This document shows, one piece after another, positions 41,066 through 50,200 of a stretch of DNA of 50,394 nt. Source of the DNA: an uncultured Candidatus Saccharibacteria bacterium (GTDB lineage: Bacteria > Patescibacteriota > Minisyncoccia > Phycocordibacterales > XYD1-FULL-46-19); contig CAZEAY010000001.1 of NCBI GenBank assembly GCA_964510655.1, forward strand, positions 344,330-394,723, written 5' to 3'. Position numbers and translations under genes: made by a program. The notes below the pieces were generated by a model that was not told the origin of the DNA, made no database searches, and saw only the letters and a list, made by a program, of their open reading frames with translations. How positions within the stretch are numbered: the first letter of the stretch is position 1; the number at the start of each line of letters is the position of its first letter.

Positions 41066-43741
41066 CTAAGCATCAGAAGTTTTGTCTTCTTCTACCTCCG
41101 GTTGTTCATCCTCTTTAGACCGACTAATCCAGACAATAAAGACAATCAAACACAAGAGCAACAGAATCCAAACCCATGGATAATGAAGCAAAAATCCGGC
41201 AATACCAGCAAAAGCCAATTGTACAGAATTTTTTGTACCTGACGCCATTAAAGTACTGGTCGCTAAAGGCAAAACCGCAAAGGTGCTAGTGCCAGTCGAA
41301 GTGGCCCCAGCCAAAGTTTCAACAGTTTGTCCTTTCTGCGCTCCCGCGTAATATCCACCACCAACATTAGGATAGAAATTACGTAGGTTTAGAGTAATTC
41401 GAGCGGGATTACCACAATAAATATAATTAATCTTTATCGTGGTAGTAATGAAGACATAACCGGTCGAATCACCAATTCCCCAAGGATTCAAAACATCCAA
41501 ACCATATTTCTTCTGGAAATCTTTGACAGCATTGTAAGTTGCTGTGCCATAAATTCCATCGAGAGGAATGTCGTTTCGTCCTTCAAACACTTTCAAGAAA
41601 GCCTGAAGTTTCAACACTTCCACCGGATCATTATCGGCTCCGAACTTAATATATTTCAACAAGTAAGGACGACAGACCGCAGGAAGAGTTGGGGTAGTCG
41701 TTGCTACTGGAGTAGACGAGATAACTCGACTACTACCACTAGAATGACCTCCTCCCCCTCCGCCACTTGGAGGATTTACCGGTGGAACACTTAAGGTAGT
41801 GGCGTTAATTTCACTACTTACTACGGTAGATAAGGAATCAACTGAGATACCTCTAAAGTAATAAGCAGTATTAGCCGACAAACCAGTAATAGTTACGGCA
41901 TGTTCTACAACCAAAGGATTCTCATCCGAAACGGAAGTCGAATAAGCATAACCATAGTTAGGAGTAGTAGTGGTCGCTCCCTGACTCATTAGATCATAAA
42001 CTACCCGACTAGAAGCGGCGTGGTCAGTTCCTGATGAATTAGTTGTCCTCCATCTAACAACCAAACTAGTCTGACTGATGTCAGTAACTCGTAAATCACG
42101 AATCTCAAATGGACCAGACTCTGGAGGTGTGTCACCACAAGAAACTAGACCAATACAGAATGGACCATGATGGGTGGTTGGAGCAGAAGTATTTCCGGCA
42201 TTATCAATTGCCACCACATGGAACCACCAAATACCGGGAGTAAGATTGGTCATTACTGTCGAGGTCGAGGTGGTGAGGGTACCAATGGCCAAAGTTGGCG
42301 TAGTAGTAGAATTCTCATCCCAAACAAAGATATAACCACGTAAACCAGAAGTAATAGCCCCAGAAATTTCTGGATCTACTGAGTCTGTCCAGGCAATTGG
42401 AATCGTAATGTTTGTTGTGGTTGATGATGTTGGTGGAACAGGAGCTGTTACCACTGGAGCCGATGGGCCAGTTGTATCAGGGTCAAGCTCTCCGGGGATA
42501 CAGCTATCGTCATCACAAGGAGTAATGGTTACTCCAGGGAAACTAAAATCAAAATAAGGATAAAGAGCAATTCGTTCGGTAAAGAACATATTTAAGACAT
42601 ATCTTTGACCAGGAACCATGTGAATAGTTTTAGTCAAAGTTTCAGCTGGTTTAATGCCAGACAAATTTTTCAATTGTAAAACTCTGTCCACATAAAACCA
42701 GGTGTCACCGTCGGTAGTAATAGTGACAGTGTAGTCTCCTTCTTCACTCACTGTTGCAAAGCCCATAAAATGCGCTCCAAAATTTGGGGCAGCAATATAA
42801 GACTCCGAATCAGACAGTGGATCAGTAGACTCCGCAAACGGAGTAAAACGGTCTTTAAACCGAATGTTTTCTTCGGTGCGCGTATTTTTTAGGAAGGCAC
42901 TGGTGAACCAATCTTTGGTCCAAGAAGTTGCCAGTGGATCACTAGGATCAATGCCTTGTATCTCATCAAACGGTATTCCCCACCCGGCCATATCGGTACG
43001 AAAATCATCATAACGATAATATTTCACCCGAAAGCTCTGAGTGGTAGTAGCCGTAGTTGAAGCCGCTAACAACGCGTCAGTAGAAGTCGAAGTTAACAAT
43101 TTCAAATTCATCGGTGAAGTTGAAGCTGTTGACGTCGCCGTGTCGCCAAAACCTCCCAAAGAAGGGGCGGTTGTGGTAGCCTCGGTACTAGTCGCGATAT
43201 TAGTGGTTGTACTAGTAGCAACCGGTGTCGTTGTGGTTGCTGTTGATGTGGCATTGGTCGAAGTAGCCACTTCTCCCATATCAGGAGTAGTTGTTGCTAC
43301 GGAACCTGTTGTCGTGCTGGTTGATGTTGCATTTGTCGTGCTGCCGGTATCAAACGAAAGAGTGGAGGTACTGGTCTCATCCAAAAAAGGAGAGGTGGTA
43401 GTAGCCCCCGTCGTTGTCGCAATATCAGTATCTGTTGTAGCATTCCCGCCTACAGCTGTAGAGGTAGCAGTGCTAGAAACATCGATATCAACAGTCGATG
43501 ATGCTGTATCTACAAGATCAGAATTCTGTTCATCTTGTGATGATGAAGAAATATCCTGATCTACTCCACCAGTCAAAAAACTATCAACCGATTGTGAAAT
43601 CGACTGATTATCAGTTTGTTCGATGGTGGTTGACACAACATCAGCAAAAGCAAAATTGTAACCAGCAAAAAGAACCCCAACAAGTAAGGTTAGGACGACA
43701 AGAGTAGACCGAGCAGCATTGGTTACTGTTCTTTTTGCCAT
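41066..43741 (-). CDS. Large cell-surface protein: signal/anchor, Ser/Thr-rich stalk, PA14-like domain, two FN3/Ig-like domains, PG-binding domain, C-terminal TM anchor
   Basis: PA14-like FMGFATVSEEGDYTVTITTDGDTWFYVDRVL (about aa 236-402). FN3-like ...GIWWFHVVAIDNAGNTS and LRVTDISQTSLVVRWRT...AYYFRGISVD. PG_binding_1-like VLKLQAFL...LDGIYGTATYNAVKDFQKKYGL. TM helix WVWILLLLCLIVFIVWI. Confidence 0.8.
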   Translation of the reverse strand: MAKRTVTNAARSTLVVLTLLVGVLFAGYNFAFADVVSTTIEQTDNQSISQSVDSFLTGGVDQDISSSSQDEQNSDLVDTASSTVDIDVSSTATSTAVGGNATTDTDIATTTGATTTSPFLDETSTSTLSFDTGSTTNATSTSTTTGSVATTTPDMGEVATSTNATSTATTTTPVATSTTTNIATSTEATTTAPSLGGFGDTATSTASTSPMNLKLLTSTSTDALLAASTTATTTQSFRVKYYRYDDFRTDMAGWGIPFDEIQGIDPSDPLATSWTKDWFTSAFLKNTRTEENIRFKDRFTPFAESTDPLSDSESYIAAPNFGAHFMGFATVSEEGDYTVTITTDGDTWFYVDRVLQLKNLSGIKPAETLTKTIHMVPGQRYVLNMFFTERIALYPYFDFSFPGVTITPCDDDSCIPGELDPDTTGPSAPVVTAPVPPTSSTTTNITIPIAWTDSVDPEISGAITSGLRGYIFVWDENSTTTPTLAIGTLTTSTSTVMTNLTPGIWWFHVVAIDNAGNTSAPTTHHGPFCIGLVSCGDTPPESGPFEIRDLRVTDISQTSLVVRWRTTNSSGTDHAASSRVVYDLMSQGATTTTPNYGYAYSTSVSDENPLVVEHAVTITGLSANTAYYFRGISVDSLSTVVSSEINATTLSVPPVNPPSGGGGGGHSSGSSRVISSTPVATTTPTLPAVCRPYLLKYIKFGADNDPVEVLKLQAFLKVFEGRNDIPLDGIYGTATYNAVKDFQKKYGLDVLNPWGIGDSTGYVFITTTIKINYIYCGNPARITLNLRNFYPNVGGGYYAGAQKGQTVETLAGATSTGTSTFAVLPLATSTLMASGTKNSVQLAFAGIAGFLLHYPWVWILLLLCLIVFIVWISRSKEDEQPEVEEDKTSDA

Positions 43742-44176
43742 AAGGTTAATAATTTAAACTAAATATTTGAGTAAATACTGTAGTAACAAGTTCACTTTCT
43801 ATAACCGAGTTAGTGATCAGAATATGAATATTCTGAAACAATTTTTACACAAAAAATCTTCTGATCAGCATCAGCTAATTTTTAAACGTAAAAATCACGT
43901 CGGAAACGAGCACGTTTCGACGTAAATTAGTCAGAGAACAATTGTTAAAACAGCTCGAGAGTATAGATTCGAAATATCAGCTGATATTTCCTCTATAAAT
44001 GAGCAAGAAAGAGCATTAAGCGCTTAGACAAAATTTAAACTGTCTAAGGGCAAAGAACGGAGTAGGCTAAAAAGCCTGAATATGGGTACATTCAAGCATA
44101 AAATATCTAGCTAAGCAAACAAAATAAACCCCAAACAGATGCATGAGGCACTACTCTTTTCACTATATCCTACTTA

Positions 44177-44206
44177 TTTAAAGGACATTTATAAATGTCC
44201 TTTAAA
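44177..44206 (-). terminator. Perfect 30-nt palindrome after the giant gene (weak terminator candidate)
   Basis: tttaaaggacattta|taaatgtcctttaaa, starting 25 nt after the stop. There is no separate T-run beyond the stem. Confidence 0.45.
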
Positions 44207-44230
44207 TAATCCTTTAAAAATAACATTATT

Positions 44231-47200
44231 TCAGTCAGTTGGGGTCGATGAATTTGAACCAGCATCAATAACTGGTTGGGGTTCTGGAGTAGGTTCAGAA
44301 GGGGTGTCACTGTCGACAGACTCAGCAGACTCTTCCGCAACAGCCGGCGAATCTATCTCCCCTACCACCTCTGATTCTGAAGAAATATCAGCTGGCAAAT
44401 CTTCAGTCGCAGGAACATCTCCTGAAGTTTCCTGTCCGCCACCACCATTTCCCTGATCAGATTCACTAGGGGGTACTTCTTCATTAGTCGATTCGGTAGT
44501 GGATGAAGTACTTGGAGTAGACACCGTAGAAACATTGGCGGTCTGTAGTAAATTCTTTAATTCATTTTCTGTCACACAAGTCGCCCCAATACACAATTTC
44601 TCAGTTTGTATTTCTCTCACCACCAACACCCCATCTTCCGTCAAACTCCAATTACCAGAAGCGCTGCGAAGAGAGCGGATGTTTTCAATATCAAAATCAT
44701 TTAAATTCAACGAGGCTAATGGTTTAATCTGCGCTGTATCTAAATCGACTACCCACATTGAATCCTTAGACAGATCATCTACTTTTTTATTCAACTCTTG
44801 GATGCCTTTGGTATTAAGAGCCATTAGAGCATGTAGGTCAACAGAACGAGCAATTCCCGATTGATCAAAAGCATCAGCTAAATGTGGATCGATTTTTTGT
44901 AAGGATTGAGCACCAAAACCATAACGGATACGGCCGCGTTCAACCTTGTATTCATAGGAACTTGGCTGTAATTTACTAATCAAATCTAAGGCGGAGAAAG
45001 CGAGTGGTTCGAGTGGAGTTTTCTGATCTTCATCAGAGACGGTACAAGTGGCAGCAGCATTAATAGTTACTTCTTTAGTGGTGGAGTTTATACAGAGAGT
45101 GCTAGGTGAACCAGCGGCTGTAGTGAGACTACTAAAGGCTACCTTACCTACTACTGATAGCGGAGCCCAAGGAGAAGTCGTCCCAACCCCAATGTTTCCT
45201 GAAAAATAGTTAATGCCCGAATTGGAATAAATAGCATAATTGTTGGTCGCTCCCGATGAATCTATCCATAGTCCATAATTGTTGTCTGCTGTCCCTGAAA
45301 CCGTAGATAGTATGCCATACTTTTTAGTCTGTTCAGTTGTTGTGAGGTTACCAATGGCGGAAAAATCACCACCATAATAACTTATAACACCTATACCACT
45401 CTGAGTACCCGTAAAATTAGCGACGCCTTTTACACCATAAACATTTAAACGTCCATCCAAATCATTTCCAGATCCACTAAAAGTAGCCAAGAAATTCCCA
45501 CCATAAAGATTTTGTATACCATCATTAAGATTAGCTGGACTGGCGGTAACATTGGCGTCTATACCATAAGCATGCTGGAGATAATCATTAAACGAAGCAG
45601 CAAAAGTATTGTTCAAGTTTACGCTTGAATAATATCCTCTATAATACAATGAAGATGGGGTTGCTCCTGAATCGTAAGTACCAGAATTAGTAATATATGA
45701 AGAATTGTTGTACGGTATCTGTCCTCCATTTGTTGAATTACTGCTGTAAATGGCGAATTTCCCCAACGGAGTGGTAGTTCCGATTCCCAAATTACCAGCG
45801 GAACTTAGATACATAGAAGCAGAAGTCCCCGAGTCTACCGAAAACAACATATTTCCCCCTTGAGTTCTCAAACCAAAGTCGTTAGCCACTCCACCTGTGA
45901 TTAGGTTGTCAGTAGCTGCAATAGAACCAAGATAAGCCTTAGCTGTATCAGAAATGCTAAATTGTAGATATGGGACAGTGGCACTATTAAGAGTCAATAA
46001 TTGAGCAGGGGCAGTAGTATTTATTCCCACATTTCCAGTAGTCCCTTTAATCGTTAAGTAGGCTTTATCACTTGACAAAGAGTCCGAAGTCGTCCCAACA
46101 GAAAAGTCTCCAGTATCAGAGTTTATATACCAATGTTTTGCATTAGTGGACGCATTAGTATCAGATAAAGTTAAACGAGTATTAGCAGTAGAAGCTAATT
46201 GAAATGTCCCCGTTGGAGTAGTTGTTCCAAATCCCATTCTTGGAGTTCCAGTGATAGTCAATTTAGCAGTATTTGATGGCCCAATCATTACAGAACTACC
46301 GACATCATTAGTAATACTTCCACCAAAAACATAGGAACCAGGAACGCTAACAGTATTATTATTACCAACGGCATAGGATGTCCCCCCAAAAGCACTAACA
46401 GTATTCATATAGCCTATAGCCCCACTGTAATAAGCACCTGACCCAATCGTGTTTCCGTATCCAAAAGCAGAGGAATGACCGACCACGCTAAAGTAATTAC
46501 TGTATACATTATTTACAGAACCAACTGCTGTATTGTAAAGATAGCCACCGACAGCGTTACTGTACCCTATTGACGTATTGTAGGAAGAACTAGCTGTATT
46601 ATTCGAACCTAATATCGTAGAATTTTGCCCACTAGCTACCTGTGTCACCGCCGAACGGCTAGATTGAATATCCACCGCAGAATTACCTCTTGTATTACCA
46701 GTAGTATTACCAATAATTAAAGCATTTGTAGTAGGCTGGATAACTGACAATCTCCCTGAAATAGAAGTGTCTTTCAAAGTAGAAGTAGCACTAGACGATG
46801 TAGCTACAAAATGAGAAGCGTCTACAAAAGAAGTAAAGCGTCCCTCCCCAGTAACATCCAAAGTATACAGAGGGGATGATTGATTGACTCCAACCATATT
46901 GTTTGTAGCACTTACATACAAGACATTACTATCAACAGCTAAGTTACCTGTAAACTGATGAGCCCCCCCAGCAACATAATCAATGTTATCTTCTGTTAAA
47001 GTAATAGATTGACTTGGCCAGCCACTAATTTTGACAGTCGCGTCATCTCCTTGAGGATTACCAAACTCTCTAATACCACTACCATCAATATCAATCAAAT
47101 TATTCCCCTCTAAAAAGTAAGCGCTCCCAGAATAAACCGCGCCACTAGCATACATATCACCCGTAACTTCCAGAGCATAATTAGGATTAGATGTTTTTAT

Positions 47201-50200
47201 CCCCACATTCCCCGCAAAATAGTTAGTCCCCGTCGTACTGGTAGCGGTAATATAATTAACCGTTGGAGAAGTAGAAGAATTTAAAGCCGTGGTTCCACCA
47301 GTGGAATAGAGCCAACCTTGACCGAAAGTGGTAGCTCCGGTACCACCATTGGAGACTCCTAAAGTACCAGAGACAGCTCCGGTTAAAGAAACCTTACCCC
47401 AACTTGGAGCTGAACCAACTCCTCCCGAGAGAAGAACATTACCAGTGGCGACGTCAGCTAAACGACTGAGGGCGGTAGAGCCAGAAGCGTAGAGTAAATC
47501 TCCGATGACGTAAGTGGAGAGACCAGTGCCGCCGTAGACGGCAGAAATTGTTGTGGAAGCCGAGACTAAACCATTTACTGCCTGAAGAGGTCCAGTCAAA
47601 GAACCAAGCCGAGCGGTCCCCGTTGCGGTAAAATTACCACCAATATAAGCATCACCAACAACTGAAAAAGTTAAACCTGGAGAAGTGGTGCCCACTCCAA
47701 AATTTCCGCCCATGACCGACATTACATTATTGGCAGAAATTGTATGATTAAGATTATTATCGAGGGCTATACCAAAAGAATTAGCTCCAGTAATAGCTAT
47801 ATTACTACCAAATCCAAAAGATTCTTGTCCTGAAACAGTAACTGAATCTCCAAATGCTGCAGACCTAGTTCCACTAACAACATTCTGGATTCCCGTCGAA
47901 AAAGAATCTGCTGCAGTGACTAGGTTTTGAGCTCCAAATGAACCAGATCTTAAAACCCTCAACTCCCCACCAGCACCCAAAGACAGAAGTGTGGTTGTGC
48001 CAGTATTAGATGGGGTAGAAGAGGCAATTAAAAATAAAGGAGTTGAATTTGACCCAGTACTAGAATGAACAGACAAAAGCGCATTAGGAGAAGTGGTACC
48101 AATACCCACGCTAGTACTATTCACAGTTAGAGTTGGAATAGAAGAATAGCCAACTTGAAAAGTGTTAGCTGTGGTATTAGCAAAACCAGTACCAAATGAA
48201 GTAGACAGCGACGCTGTAGCGGTAACATTATCTCCCCAAGCAAAAGAGCCGTTGCCAGAAGCAGTAACTACCCCTGTACTGGAATAACCACCAGCAAAAG
48301 AACCACTACCTGTAGAGTTCAAACCAAAATTACCAATCGTATATCCAGAAACAAACGAACCGTGGCCAGAAGAAATAATGTTACCAGTAGATACTTCTCC
48401 AAAAGCAACCGAACCATTACCTGAGGCAACAATGGAAGACGAGAAAGATGGAGCGCCACCAATATAACCATTAACCAAAGAACCCAACCCAGAAGCCGTA
48501 ATATTACTAGTGGCACCAAAAGTAGAGATATTACCCAAAGCAGTTGATCCATTACCAGAGGCAATAAGAGAAGCACTTCCCCCAATGCTATCGATCACAT
48601 AACCGAGGGATTTAGCCCCGGCTGCGCTCGAACTTATTAAACCACCCGAACCGGCAAAACCAGTTGCCAAGGAACCATTTGAAGCAAAAATATTTCCAGT
48701 TCCAATTACCAAATTACCAGCCAAAGTGGTGGTGGCCGTAGTGGAAGTTGCCGTCAAATATCCAACAGTTGGTGAAGAAGTAGAATTTAATTTAGTGCCA
48801 TCAAAATAAGTAAGGGCATTAGTAGAAAAAGCTCCAGCACCAGTTCCTCCATAAGCAACGGAAATAGTAGATGTCGCCGACACGAGACCGTTTATAGCTT
48901 GAAGAGGTCCAGTCAAAGAACCAAGATAAGCGGAGCCAGAGACGGTCAGAGCAGTAGTGGAAGCATAGGGAAAAGTGGAAGCTTGAGTGGTAGAAGTGGC
49001 AGTAAAGTTGGAAGCATTTACATTATCAGCAAAGATAGCCGAACCCATAACACCTAGCGCCACACCCGGAGTAGAAGTGCCAATACCTAAACGCTGGGTA
49101 GTGTTGTTCCAGATCAAGCCACTACTTCCCGCCATCGTAGAAGTTCCCGTCCAAAATGTTAACTGTCCAGACAAACCTGTTCCTGATAAGCCGGTGGTAG
49201 GATTGGACCCGGCCGGGACACTTGGCCCCTGAGCCGTAATGCCATCAATGCGGAAATCAAAACTATTAGAAGCACTACCCGAACCAGTAGTAAAACGCAC
49301 ATATTTAACAGATTGACCCAAAGTGCCAAAAGCTGACAAAGGTATTGTTACTTTTTGATAAGAAGAAGTATTGTTTTTATCAAAACCATAGGTGTTGTGT
49401 TGAATACGAACAGAGCTACCTAATTGGGTATTGGTATTACTTCTAAAGGTGATGTCCAAGCGATCAGTGGTAGCTGTCCAAGCTGTTTTATTTTTGATAT
49501 AAAACGAAAAATAATTATAACCAGTCGGATCCCATACCGCTGTTGAAGAAGAGAACTGGAAATATCCATTTCGTTTCAAAGGAGTAGTTACCTCAATATT
49601 CGTGGAGCCGGCTTGAGGATCGACACCACTAGAAAAACTGACGACACCACCATTAGGGAAACTCTGACTACCAACCCATTCGGTATTTTCTAAATACATT
49701 GATTCTTGTCTTGGCCCCGTACCATCAACGCCAGGCAGAACCGCACCAGCTTTAATATAGACGAAAGTAAGATCAAGTTGAGTCGCCGGATTAGAAGCCG
49801 GAGCAATTGGATTAGAACTTGGCTCTCCTGTTAAGACAACCGCTTGACCAGATGAGTTTACGGTAATCACATCAATTCGATCTCCATCAGGATCAGCATC
49901 ATTGAGAGTAACCTGAGTCGGAGTAATTGAATATTGCAATCCTCCAATACAATAAACCGTCGCCGGAACATCATAAACAAAACCGGTTCCACTATAAGTC
50001 GCTTGACCACCAGAGATAAGAGAATTTGATTCAGAACAGCCGGTCGAACCAGCAATCAATTGACTCAAAGTTTTTGTCCCGCCATTTTCATCTTGAAAAA
50101 CTAAATCATTGTCAACCGAGTAAATTGATGAGGTAGCATTAAATTTTAAATTTTCCACAAACAAATCCCCCGAAGATAGATTAACACTAGCCGGAAGCGA

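Noticed and set aside
43041-43559. 172-aa plus-strand ORF (Val/Ala-rich) inside the 891-aa gene
   Set aside because: It is the antisense reading of the Ser/Thr/Ala-rich stalk, where ACN/GCN codons read backwards as Val/Ala. It has no start signals and is a low-complexity mirror artefact.
43824-43925. 33-codon basic ORF (MNILKQFLHKKSSDQHQLIFKRKNHVGNEHVST) in the hairpin-rich spacer
   Set aside because: It has no SD and no suitably spaced -10 box, and it overlaps two palindromes. It is too short to support without conservation data.
44139-44456. 105-aa plus-strand ORF overlapping the 3' end of the giant gene
   Set aside because: It starts in the spacer without an SD or promoter. It runs antisense through the acidic, Ser-rich tail and is kept open by low-complexity composition.
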